Shown here: positions 1-11,824 of the stretch, piece after piece
Layout: the number at the start of each line of letters is the position of its first letter
How positions within the stretch are numbered: the first letter of the stretch is position 1
The notes under the pieces: model-generated
Database searches by the model: none
What the model was told of the DNA's origin: nothing
The model's input: the letters and a program-made list of their open reading frames with translations, nothing else
Made by a program: the position numbers and the translations under genes
Origin: Octopus bimaculoides
Lineage: Eukaryota
Direction: 5' to 3'
Assembly (NCBI RefSeq): GCF_001194135.2
Contig: NC_068990.1
Span: 85,224,186 to 85,261,485, forward strand
DNA length: 37,300 nucleotides

Positions 1-40
1 ATATATATACATATATATACATATATATATATATATATAC

Positions 41-228
41 GTGCGGGTGACACGTAAAAGCACCCACTACACTCTGAGTGGTTGGCGTTAGGAAGGGCAT
101 CCAGCTGTAGAAACTCTGCCAAATTAGATTGGAGCCTGGTGTAGCCATCCGGTTGCACCAGTCCTCAGTCAAATCGTCCAACCCATGCTAGCATGGAAAG
201 TGGACGTTAAACGATGATGATGATGATG
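41..228 (+). mobile_element. SINE family A, 3' part with (GAT)n tail
   Basis: GGTTGGCGTTAGGAAGGGCATCCAGCTGTAGAAAC...CCAACCCATGCTAGCATGGAAAG.GGACGTTAAACGATGATG; many homologous copies elsewhere in the window. Confidence 0.9.
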
Positions 229-929
229 TGTGTGTGTGTTGTGTGTGTATAATTAGATGTATGTCTGCTACTATTGAGTTCAGAGCCCAATATAGATTAT
301 CATCAGCCAGTCTGCTTCCAGTGCAGTGCTTTGCTTGCAAGTGTTCTTCGTACTTTACAGGTTGTGATTTATATGTAGTAAATGTAGGAGAATTATGATA
401 AACACAAGTTTATATCATTAGCTGCATTTTACAATTGTGGTTGTTTGTAATATTTGATGTTTAGTTCCAGACAAACACAGAATGATTATTGCATATACTT
501 CTTATATATATTGTTTAAATAGCATATAAGCATATAGAATTCAATAACACATGAGCACCGAGGATAATGAAACAAAATAATATGACTGTAAAGCAAAACT
601 AATGCAATTAAACCAAATAAATTTCAGGGATAAATTAATTAACATTGAAGACACGACTGGTTGAGTGAGAATGTGTAAGGAAATTCCTAGCATGAGATTA
701 TTGTGATCAAGATATAAAAATAATATAAGATGTGGCTTAGAAGCAGTGTCTTCTTAATAGTTTACCTTCAAATAGAAAGACTCATCTATTACTGCTAGTG
801 TCCAAAATTAAAATAAAATTACAAGCTAACATTGAGCCAATGAAGATTACTTTGAAGTCTGACATTCCTATTACACATCAATTTTATATCCAACATGAAG
901 AGGCAAGACATGAAGAGATGTATGCGCTG

Positions 930-2690
930 CAGAGAAAACAAGAATGAAGTGTGCACAAATATAAATTCACGCTCACTTATAATAAATAATAAGATCTCAA
1001 ACATTGAAATGAAACAACTCATAGAAAGAATATCCATGTAAAATAAACAACTGACTATGAGTAAAAAAATGAAAAAGATCTCACATGAATGAATGGAATC
1101 ATTATAACATGGCCTACCATGCATAGAATACATAAGACTCCACAAAAGAAGGTAATACAATAGAGATGGCCACTTACAATAAATAAGATCTAAAAACACT
1201 ATGAAAGAATAATGGAAAGGGATATCTGGTTATAAAGAGCAGCTACAGGTTAATTGAACTATTATGTAAAACAGTAAAGATAGGAAAACTAAGCCTAGCA
1301 AAGTTTAGGTTGATTATTGAAATGCATTTTTTTTTTACAGAATATCACATTTATGAAGAATGGTGTCGTTATTATAAAGCAACTCTTTTATTAACAAAGT
1401 ACTTCAAACTTTAACCAGATCAAAATAAAAAATAGCAATATCTTTTCAAGGTAAAGAGAAGATAATTAAATAAGATACCTACGACAAGAAGAGGAATCTC
1501 CTTAGGAATTTCATTATCTCTTCTGTTCATTTATAGAGCTCCAACTCCATTTGCAAATTTGCTGAATGAAACCACTGTAGTTATAACTGGTTCAAACAAA
1601 CTATAAAGTATCTATATACTTTATAAAGATGACTTACAACTATTTATAAGGGTGAATACCCCGGCTGGAAAATCTAAAACTTGAGCTTGTGTCAGAGATA
1701 CTATAAGAGACAAATTAACTAAAAGTGAGAAAATTAGGTCTGATACAGATACTAAAATTAGAGAAATCAGAACAGAACCACCAATACAAATATTTAAGAG
1801 TAAAATAAACTGATAAAGTACAACACACAGAAATGAAGGAGAAATTTAGAAAGAGTTCAGTAGAAGAACTAATGTAATATTAAAATCAAATTTAATATTA
1901 AAAATAAGATAATAAGTGTATATATAAATGTGTGTGTGTGTGTGTTAGGTATGCCAGTTATAAACTACAGCTTTCATATAATAAATTATGAGCTTAGATA
2001 GAATGACCAAGAAACTACAAAACATATCTTGAAGCTATCATTCCAAAGCTGATATAGATAGAATATACTTATCCTATACACAAGAGGGATAAGACCTGAT
2101 GCAAATAGAAAACTAGTACAAAATAACAATAGTAGAACAGGAAAACTAATTAGTGTTATAAAGAAATATGAAGAAAACAACAAAAAAATCCAGCATTTTT
2201 CTTTATATATGGGAACAATAAATTATAACTAACAACACTGAGGAGAAATATTAAGTTAAAGACAAAAAAAACTATAGAAATGGTTAAAAAATAACTACAA
2301 CAACAACATAAAAAAAAAGAAAAACACAAAAGATTCCAAAATATTCTGTAAACAAACATAGAGGCATAAATTCTCCATATCTCAAAAGACCTGACAGATG
2401 AAATAAGTCAGAATGAAAGCAAGCAATGGTTCAAAAGTTCTGAACTAAAAGTATAAACAGAAGGCCAGGCTGTAGATAAGGATTATCTACCCATAAATAA
2501 TAACAGGGCAAAATAAACTGGAAAAATATGTTAATGACAAGTGCAGGCCTTGCAACCAGTACATTGAAACATCCAACCTCATCATTTCCAGCTGCCCAAT
2601 CTTTATTGATCCCCATTAAATTCACAGAGATGATCAAGTTGGCAAATATGTCCACTAGGAAATATGTAGGCATGAGATACTTTGGCAGAA
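930..2690 (+). mobile_element. Decayed non-LTR retrotransposon, R4/Dong-like RLE clade (RT plus CCHC knuckle/RHD region)
   Basis: Motifs with stops and frameshifts: RRGISLGISLSLLF (1487; cf. RGIFQGDSLSPLLF), YILYKDDLQLF (about 1613-1645; cf. HLLYMDDLKLY), HSKADIDRIYLSYTQEG*DLMQIE (2039; cf. HPKADVDRLYLPRKEGGRGL), DKCRPCNQYIETSNLIISSCP...HRDDQVGKYVH*EICRH (2536-2673; cf. DKCRLC..ETIxHIISGC..RHDxV). Confidence 0.8.
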
Positions 2691-2944
2691 CCATTTTGGT
2701 GCTGCATCTTTGGAATCACTGATTCAACACTGACTTATTTGACATCCGATGCTCTGATATTTTTCTTGTACTCCTCCACCTCACACTCAGTTAATGGATG
2801 TGAGGAGAGGATAAGTGTTTATGTCAACCATGTTCAAATTAATAAATTATAATGTCTTTCTCTCCCACTTCTCTCTCCCTCCCTCTCTTTCCACCCCCCC
2901 TCTCTCACTCTTTTATCTGCATGTGCATATATCCCTGTGTGTCA

Positions 2945-3170
2945 TAATAACAGCTTGAATGTCCAGTCAGCCATGCCGAATCATCAGTATCCAAATGGCT
3001 GTGCTCAATTGTCCCATTCCAGAAATATTTCAAGACTTTGATATGAAAATGTGTGAGAAATGGTAAAAACATGCACCAACCATAGTACATGACAATGACA
3101 TGGCCACAATATTCAGGACATGCTGCTTGGCCAGACTGACAAGGAAATGAGGACTGAGCCAACCCAACTA
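2945..3170 (+). mobile_element. Further decayed R4/Dong-like fragment (entry to the RLE endonuclease domain)
   Basis: Translates to FDMKMCEKW*KHAPTIVHDNDMATIF and, after a frameshift, DMLLGQTDKEMRTE (cf. KWYEHxPxxVxENDxxxIxWDMPIxTDREIKANRPD). Confidence 0.5.
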
Positions 3171-3407
3171 TATATTGGCTTGTCCGGAAAGTTCGTGCCG
3201 ATTTATAGTAGCTTACCTTTCGACTTATTTGCCATGAAACCACCTCAATTCTGGGAAGAGGGTATTTCCAAGTTAAAGGAAAGATGGAGACGCATTGTGC
3301 AACAAAATGGTTCATATTTCGTTGATTAAAAATGTAATGGCAAGTATTTATTGATCGTTTTCTTTCCTTTAAAAATCAGCACGACCTTTCCAGCCAACCC
3401 AACTATA
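3171..3407 (+). mobile_element. Mariner-derived MITE (internally deleted)
   Basis: Imperfect TIRs TATTGGCTTGTCCGGAAAGTTCGTGCCGATTT / AAATCAGCACGACCTTTCCAGCCAACCCAACTA with TA at both ends. It retains a mariner transposase C-terminus, KPPQFWEEGISKLKERWRRIVQQNGSYFVD*. Confidence 0.85.
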
Positions 3408-3796
3408 TATATACACACATACACACATATATATATATGTGTGTATGTGTATAGCATTCACTGATCTATATCATCAAAGGGTGTAAATACCAGTAAGAAA
3501 GCAGACAAGCTGGTGCATTGCAAACCATATCTCTTGTAATACTTGTTCTGAACTGAGTAACAGGTACTTCCTTAACAATTTCTGCCATCAGAAATGCAAT
3601 GAATCAGTGATCTTCCACTAGAAACCAGTAATCAACAGAACTATTCTTTAGAAACAGTGATATGCAATAAAAACCATTTTGTGAATAACTACCACTAGAA
3701 AATGTGTTCTCATCCACATTGAGAAAATCATTAATTAATAAAAGATTCTTTAATGAGTATAAATGGAAGAAGTAAATGAAGAAAAGCTTGCCATAC

Positions 3797-3994
3797 CTTT
3801 GAAGACATCTTCAGCTTTAACACTAAGCAAGTTGGAATCAGCACTAAAATAGTATGCTACATCAGGGATACCCTTCTCCGGATCACCACCATCTGATTGT
3901 ACCCGTTGTGGACAGAAGCCTGTATCAGCTACAATGTTGTCTGCTTTTCCAGTGTGACTTTGAATGTTCACTGCCTCGAGGAGATCAACAGAGC
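3797..3994 (-). CDS. Internal coding exon of a collagen-like gene: N-terminal TSPN/LamG domain, clade B fibrillar collagen type (COL5A1/COL11A1-like)
   Basis: Polypyrimidine tract (TTTTCTTCTTTCTTTGTTCCCACTAG) and AG acceptor at 3996-3995; donor AAAG|GTATGG at 3796-3795; 198 nt, phase 1-1, open. Translation SVDLLEAVNIQSHTGKADNIVADTGFCPQRVQSDGGDPEKGIPDVAYYFSADSNLLSVKAEDVFK-G matches the VD(V/L)L...TGFCxxR...(P)DVAY...LS...(L/V)(F/Y)xG pattern at the start of the COL5A1/COL11A1 TSPN domain. Orthology cannot be fixed from one exon. Confidence 0.85.
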
Positions 3995-4729
3995 CTAGTG
4001 GGAACAAAGAAAGAAGAAAAAGAAAGTTTGTTGTAGTAAATATATATAATATATATATACATATAAAATTAATAAAATTTGGTATGCGATAAAAGTTTCA
4101 GATATTTGTCTTAAACATTCAGACAAGCAAATTCATAATTCAGATGTATGACATGAGATATTATTCCATTTAAATAACCACATATTTATATTAAGACATA
4201 GATGATAAGAATATAGAAATATAAGAATATATACATATATATATATCAGAGAGAAAAAACAAAAACTTTGGAATTAATTAAGTGATAATTGAAGTAGGAT
4301 TAATGAGAAAAGTGTATGAATTTGTATATTTAACTCTTTCATTACCATACATGACATTAGAAGAATTTCTTATATGTGATATGAATATAAAGAAACTGAA
4401 GTCTGAGAAAATTAATGATGGACTTCGTTAGTGTAAAGAAGTTGATAATAGACGTAAAAGAAGGTGTGTGTGGGTAACAACAATGGTGATGATGATGATG
4501 ATGATGATGATGATGACGATGACAACAATAATGTTCATGGCTATGGAGATGGCAACAATTTTGATGATGATGATGACAATGATACTGGTGATTGTTCCAG
4601 GCAAAATTTATATTTCAGAGTATCTGTTATGTTCAGTTTATATAGTATCAATGGTTAAGGAATATATTCCGGAGTTTTCCCATTACTCTCCCCATCCATA
4701 TTTGCCCACCACCTACATGCATCTACACC

Positions 4730-4846
4730 ATTTCATCCCTTCGAGGGTTGATAAATTAAGTACCAGCTGCATTCTGGAGCCGATCTAATCGACTGGCTTC
4801 CTCCCGAAAAATTTCGGGCCCTGTGCCTAGAGGAGAAGAGAATATT
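4730..4846 (+). mobile_element. SINE family B, 3' half
   Basis: TTTCATCCCTTCGAGGGTTGATAAATTAAGTACCAG...AATTTCGGGCCCTGTGCCTAGAGGAGAAGAGAATATT. Confidence 0.85.
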
Positions 4847-4929
4847 TAGATGTTGCTGCTTCTTGCTGTATTAACCTATGAATTGGACTTTTTTTTAAAG
4901 TTTATCATTTTTTTTTTTTGCTTTTTTAT

Positions 4930-5090
4930 CGAGACACCATCCAGTGAGGCTGATTACCCAAGCCAACCTGATTATCTCTCTCCATCCCTCCTGATCTTCC
5001 AATGGTGTAATTAGGTCAACTGCACTGAGAGAAATACTGCGATCATCAATAGATGTGGCTCACACTGATGATTATATACCGAGCTGTGGA
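4930..5090 (-). mobile_element. Possible RTE-type LINE 3' fragment
   Basis: Minus-strand ATSIDDRSISLSAVDLITPLEDQEGWREII loosely resembles the RTE C-terminal MEDRxxWR motif. Confidence 0.3.
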
Positions 5091-5134
5091 AAGATTAGTT
5101 GGTCATTTAAGTTGGTAAATTCCTCATAAATATT

Positions 5135-5348
5135 CTTTTCTACTCTCGGCAAAAAGTCAGAAATTTTAGGGAAGGTGCCAGTCGAGTACATCGACCCCAT
5201 AATGCAACTGGTACTTAATTTATCAATCTTGAAAAGATGAAAAGCAAAGTTGACCAAGGCAAAATTTGAACTCAGAATGTAAAGACAGACAAAATACTGC
5301 AAAGCATTTTGCCCAGCATGCTAACATTTCTGCCCACTTACTGCCTTG
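5135..5348 (-). mobile_element. SINE family B, full length with 17-bp TSD
   Basis: Reverse complement of the 25218 family. TSD AATTCCTCATAAATATT at 5118-5134 and 5349-5365. Confidence 0.9.
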
Positions 5349-5550
5349 AATTCCTCATAAATATTAAACTCAATTATATAACTGTGGACCATAATGGGAA
5401 ACTAATTTTTCAGTCTCCTCTCATGAAATACTGTTGCAGTTGTTCTGAACTACCACTGCACACTCTGTATCTATTTGTATTATGATATGGTTGGATAATA
5501 GAGTGTGATAAAAATGACTGATGGGCAAACGGCAGCTTACCTGCTCACAT

Positions 5551-5726
5551 TCATCATCATCATCATCATCATCATCGTTTAACGTCCGCTTTCCATGCTA
5601 GCATGGGTTGGACGATTTGACTGAGGACTGGTGAAACCGGATGGCAACACCAGGCTCCAGTCTGATTTGGCAGAGTTTCTACAGCTGGATGCCCTTCCTA
5701 ACGCCAACCACTCAGAGAGTGTAGAA
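5551..5726 (-). mobile_element. SINE family A, young copy
   Basis: Reverse complement of 41-228 with about 5 substitutions; (CAT)n tail on the left. Confidence 0.9.
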
Positions 5727-6789
5727 CCACTCAGAGAGTATTTGTTAAGTTGTATACATATAAATTTGCTGAAAATTTGCTAACTGAAACTAATATTCTG
5801 TTTGTGCTCGCAAACAATAGCCATTATATATTACTGGTGGTTCCTTGCCTTCTATAACTATAACTAAGTTCCAAAAGAGAAAGTTCCTGCAATCATTATT
5901 CTAGAATTCTATAATAAAAAGATCTAATTAACATGAGGAGAGATTAAATATTGTTGTTGTTTAGTTCCAGATCGATCTTCATTATCTTGTCTTTTCCTTG
6001 TTTTAGCCGTAGTTTATGCAGTACTTTTCCATTTTTTGCTCAAGATTAAAATGTTTTACAATTCTGCAAGGAAAAATTTAAACTAAAATACGCCCACCCA
6101 CTCAAACAAACAAAGCAAAAACAAAATAATTAGAATTAAAAAGTAAAAAAACAGAAATGGCCCATCAGATTCCAACATTGAAAAAATTCAAAAATTTAAA
6201 GAGAGATCTGTTCTTAGATTAACAAATAAGATCTTGGAATATAAACTCTAGAATCAAAGAAGTAATGGTCTTTGTTGGCAAGAGGTAAAAAAAGGAAGAA
6301 GACAAATCTTTTATAAATTTTTTTAAAAATAAGAGCTAAATTCATGGCACACCCCACCTCCCATTCCATTGCATAATTCAAAGAAATATTCAAAGCCGAT
6401 ATCAAACGAAAATGGCAATTATTGAAATCAGGAGTTTATTTCTCTACGTGTGTGATATTTCTTTTGCACTACTAGCTATATATTTTGCATGATTAATTTA
6501 GCTGTGAGGGCAGCAAATATTGTCTTAAGGTAGCTGTGGATGGTGAGGTACAAGCCCTAGAAGGAGCAGTGCTATTAGGTATAGTACTAACAGGATACAT
6601 ACTGGGGTTCGATTGACCTTCGTTGGCTTACCCTGGGTTAGGGTGTCTGATTGTTGAAAGACTTGAAACACCAGATAACGCCAGGGGACATGATTGAAGA
6701 TGTGTCTGAGAGCATCATAGAATGATGTATGGAAAAAATAGTTACTAATAAAGTACTTCTACCATTTAGAACTACTATAGCCATTACTG

Positions 6790-7050
6790 GCACTCTGTCG
6801 GTTACATTGATGAGGGTTGCAGTTGATCTGATCAATGGAACAGCCTGCTCGTGAAATTAATGTGCAGATGGCTGAACGCTCCATGGACACGTGTACACTT
6901 AATGTAGTTCTCAGGGAGATTCAGGGTGACACAGAGTGTGACAAGGCTGGCCCTTTGAAATACAGGTACTACCCATTTTTGCTAGCTGAGTGGACTGGAG
7001 CAACATGAAATAAAATGTTGTTTGAGAGAGATTTGGTTGCTATTTCTAGA
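6790..7050 (-). mobile_element. SINE family D-related body
   Basis: GATCAATGGAACAGCCTGCTCGTGAAATTAATGTGCA...GACACGTGTAC..GGCCCTTTGAAATACAGG, homologous to 24685-24820. Confidence 0.8.
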
Positions 7051-7089
7051 AAGTTGAATGATCACATTAAAGCTTCCTTGTGGTCTTAC

Positions 7090-8020
7090 ACCAGATTGAG
7101 CCAGAAGTTTTTTCAGATTTTCACTGATGATATTTGGCAAATTGTATCTCCATGTTATATCATTAATTTGATATAACTTATTGGCCAATCCCAGCTGAAT
7201 TGTTTGTTCTTTATGTTAGAGCTTTGATGATGAATGGTGCAAAATGGTAATTAAAACCATTTTATGCTCCCTGTGGAAAAAGAAGCACTGAGTGCAAGGG
7301 CAGTGGCAAAAGAAACTAATGATGTGGAAGGCCCAGAAAACTGGTTCAGATATTTCGAGAAAGATGACACTAGCCTTGGAGATAAAACAAAGTCAGAGGG
7401 ACCTTCTGTTTTGGGAGACGAAGCCTTGCTTGAAAGGGTTGAACAACAGCCAAGCACAAACACCCATACATTGTTGACAGAACTCGCTCCTTCATAAAGA
7501 ACCATCAATCAACACCTCCATAACTTGGCCTTGTAAACAGGCATTGTTGAGAAATTCCCCAGGAACTGACCAATGACTGACCCCAATAACATGTGAACTT
7601 TTGCAAACAACTTGAAAAATTGACCTATTTACATAATCCTATCAAGAGAAGTCAGTGACTTTGTCCCAAACAAACTTCAGAACCTGTAATCAAACAGAGG
7701 GTCATATTTTGTGTTTAGGGGAATTTCAAGAGGGTGTTGCACTTTGAGCTTGTCCCAGATGGTGATCTTGTGAGTATATGATACTTTGGAAGCCCACTAC
7801 TCAGCAATGGTCAGTTTAAGATGTGCACTTCTACAACATGACAATGTCCCAGCACATACTGCCAATGTCCCTAAGTGCAAACTTGATGGACTTGTGGGAC
7901 CAGACATGCTACCTCAAACTGTTTACAGTCCAGATTTTGCACCAACAGGTTACCATTTGTCCTGAGCCATGGTTCATTTCCTGTATGGACAAAGGTTCAA
8001 TGATGTGGATGTAGGAAGCT
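7090..8020 (+). pseudogene. Decayed mariner (DD34D-type) transposase
   Basis: HTH region NWFRYFEKDDTSLGDKTKSEGPS (ORF 7264-7497), LLQHDNVPAHT (7828-7860) and YSPDFAPTGYHL (7924-7959); multiple stops and deletions. Confidence 0.88.
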
Positions 8021-8260
8021 TTTTGCTTATATATAGCTTTTTGCTATATATATATATATATATATACATGTGTGTATGTGTGTGTTCATATATGTATATG
8101 TAGTAAGTTAGTTCATGTGTACATGTCTGTATATGAATGTTTCTCAATAGACATATGTACGTGTGTCTGCATGTGCACATGCATATATATATGTGTAGGT
8201 ATGTGCATGCTTATATATACATATGTGTATGTGTATGGCATGTGTACATGAGTGTCTGTG

Positions 8261-8307
<47 letters not shown>

Positions 8308-8605
8308 CTCACTGTTTGCTTAGATGGAATGGTATATTATTATTGGAATTTTGGGAATTCAACTTCCCAGTATCTGTTATTTCTGCTAATCATAAAACTA
8401 TGAACTAACAGAGGATGTGTTGTGAGGCAGGGAAGATTGAGGCAGACAAACTAATGAATTAATTAATTGACATAGCATAACCACAGTTGTTGTGAGGTTT
8501 TCAACCCAGGACTCCTCGTGGTCAGTAATCCTGTTCTTTGAACCCACAGCTATTATGCCCCATGTTTTTTTTAAAATATTTAATAACTTAATATCTAATA
8601 ACTTG

Positions 8606-8682
8606 AAGCTGGCAGAATCGTTAGCACGCCGGGCGAAATGCTTAGCAGTATTTCGTCTGCTGCTACGTTCTGAGTTCAAATT
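8606..8682 (+). mobile_element. SINE family B, tRNA-like head only
   Basis: AGCTGGCAGAATCGTTAGCACGCCGGGCGAAATGCTTAGCAGTATTTCG...GAGTTCAAATT, then homology stops. Confidence 0.8.
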
Positions 8683-8734
8683 ATAACGTGTAGACTTCTT
8701 CTTTCTTTCACTTGTTCCCTCACCTGTATGTATG

Positions 8735-8766
<32 letters not shown>

Positions 8767-10068
8767 TGCATGGTAAATGAAAGACGTAAGATAGAAGTTT
8801 TATTAATCATGACAGTTGTTTTGACATGTCTAGCATCAATCCCTCATGGATGGGATACTTAACAACTGGTTGAGGAGCATCCGGCAATACAGTTCTGTCT
8901 CTTAGGGTGATAAATAGATATAACTTGTTAAAATAACACTTCCGCAACGTATCTTCTCATTTCGTGTAAAGAAAAGCAGCAAAACAGATGCAAAGAAGAA
9001 ATGAACACACAATACAGACAGATAGATAAGCACAGATGATGCTGTATCTGAGAATTTCACTTCTCTAATCTTTAGTTTTAGATTCAGTCCCACTGTGTGA
9101 AAACTTGTGCATGTGTTTGTTTACAAAAGTCATGAGCTATGTATAAATACAGTCAATGTCACTTATTCTGTCAACAAATCTTATGCTAGCTTTGCATCTT
9201 TGAAGAAGTTTGAAATAAGAGTTTTTCTACTCAAAAAATAGGTGAGAGTTTATAATAGGAAGGGCATCTGGCTGTAAAACAATGTTTCAATTAAATATTT
9301 GTGTAACCCATGCTAGCCTGGAAAAGCTGATGTAAAATGAATACACAATAAATATATGTGTGTATATATGTATGTATATACAGTATATACATACATATAT
9401 ATGTATATCAATGAATATATATGTATATTCATGTATGTGTGCATACATACATTTTTCTGTATTTGTACGTCTTTATGTTTACACCAATCTAAAAGCCAAA
9501 TTTATTTATGTTACATTCCTTCATGTTCTTCAAACTTAATGGTTTGTTTACATCCTTCAGTGTATTATATCTGGGGTAAAAGCATTTAATAACCAAGTTT
9601 ATTGCTGTTAATAGCATATTTACTGTAAATCTGATGTGTAACTGTTTGAGCTTTTACTCTCTTTGAGTTATTCATGGGAAGAAGGTTTGTACCCATAATT
9701 CAAGCTCTCTTAAATTGATTTTATCGATCTCCAATCTGAACATTTGTATATCAATGTCTGCAACTAAAACAGATGCAAAGGTAGAATCAGAGGCTTATTT
9801 TTAATGCATGCTATCGACTTCGTTAAGTACCAGGTGGAGGCATTAAACTAAGTTATGAGGTGGCTGTTTAGGTCCATGGAGTATTTGATTTCTTCTGCAT
9901 GGAAAATAATGTTCCTAGATCATATCGACATCTTAACCAGAGATTTCTTTTTCAATTTCTTAATATTACTGAACCTAATGAACTTGTGAACTATAGAAGT
10001 CATAAAAAGAACAGATTGAAATAAAAATGAAACTAGAAGGGTCAGAAGAGTCTAATAGACTGTGAATG

Positions 10069-10100
10069 AATTTTGAATCAATTTTGAATCAATTTTGAAT
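10069..10100 (+). repeat. 11-bp tandem repeat x3
   Basis: (AATTTTGAATC)3, last unit 10 nt. Confidence 0.85.
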
Positions 10101-11627
10101 AGTTCTTAAGAGGAACAAAACTTGTGTTAAATGTACTTATTAATGAAAATAATATTTCAAAAATGTCAAAATAACTTATGAGGGTTGTAAATATCCCCTC
10201 ATAAAAATAAACATAAAAATCTCAAAATATGGCAAGTTTTGATAAGATAGATGATGGCAGCTTATATTTTTCTTGTTGTTTGTGCTAATGAAGAATTCAT
10301 CAGATTATATCTGATGACTGGAAGGTTTAGGATGGGAGTGGTGTGTAGAATATAAACTTGCTGGTTCTGGCTTAAACCTAAATATCAGAGCATGATATGT
10401 TAGATGTGTCTTTGGAGATCATTTGAAAATGTGAAAATGCCTGAGTATGGGTGATGAAGAGTTTAGATCCAGTTTAATGAATAAAATGATGACGGTGGGT
10501 GTGAGAAGATAAACAACATTTAAAATTTATATACAAGATAATTTGACAACATAAAGTGGAAGGTTAGTAATACTGATGAGGCAAGGAGGCAGTAATTGAT
10601 GCAGTGATGATGGTGATGGAAGTGAAAGGTGAGGGTAAGGAAAAGAGTGTAATGAAGAAGTTGTAATTAAAGAGAAATGTACGTGCTTGCAATTAAAAAA
10701 AAAAAAAAATGTTACAGTACTATTTTAGTAATTTATTTAAATTTTACAATATTATTCAGAATGAGAAAGATAAGGAAAATATCTGGCCCCATCCACTCTT
10801 GTATTTATTTGTTTAAATAGAATTTTTGGAATGGCAAAGATTTGAGTTGTGCTTTAAATAGGTTTTTAAGTATTTTGAAAGCAAGAAAGATATGATAGTT
10901 GTCAGAAACTATTAAAAGTTTTAGTGCTAGAGGTTTCAGGGACTTTTTAAATATCTTGTAGTGTTTCATGCCTGATAAGGAATTGGTTGTTCCACAACTG
11001 AATAACTTTTCCCAATATGGTACTAACCTTGGTTTAATGGACTTACAGAAAAGAAAAGCAAAGTTGTCCGTAAAGTGAATACTGAGAAGTGAACTCCTGT
11101 TTGCAGACAGGAGTTTGTCTCCATTTTCAATTATAATCATTGCACTTACATTACTAAGGCCTTCAGAAAAGCATGAAACAACACTGAAAACTATTGAAGC
11201 ATTCCCTATTGCTAGTGCCATTGTTATTACCTGAGTCATTTCCTAATTTGGAATCTACCTGCAGTTAGGTGAATAGTACCATATAACATTAAGGGCATTA
11301 AATGACCACCAATAATCAGATGGTTGTACACTTACCCAATCAACTCACCCACCTATAGTATATTAGAGTGTTGCTGCAGTTTGCAGAAATGAGCTGTACA
11401 TCCCTGAAGTAGACAGGCTAGGCCATTGTGAATAATTAGCATGATTATAGAGGTTGACTAATAAGAAAAGGAATCCCTCCCTCCACTTCAAGGTCAGTTT
11501 TACCTTTAATCCTTTTGAGGGTCATAAAATAAAGTAGAAGTCAAGTACTGGTGAGTCAATGTCATTGACTAATCCTTCTTCCTACTAAAAGTGCTGACCA
11601 TGTGCCAAAATTTGTGACAGTGCATAT

Positions 11628-11793
11628 GCGCAGGAGTGGCTGTGTGGTAAGTAGCTTGCTTACCAACCACATGGTTCTGGGTTCATTCCCACTGCGTGGT
11701 CCCTTGATCAAGTGTCTTCAACTATAGCCTCAGGCCGACCAAAGCCTTGTGAGTGGATTTGGTAGATAGAAACTGAAAGAAGGCTGTCGTATA

Positions 11794-11824
<31 letters not shown>

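Noticed and set aside
819-1199. 126-aa minus-strand ORF (and 1986-2694 ORFs)
   Set aside because: Antisense shadows of the A-rich decayed LINE on the plus strand.
8137-8408. Numerous VC/HT/YI-rich ORFs across the window
   Set aside because: Translations of (GT)n, (CA)n and (TA)n microsatellites or of N-gaps.
8902-9093. Hydrophobic minus-strand ORF resembling a signal or TM segment
   Set aside because: GTG start, T-rich composition bias, and no suitable donor.
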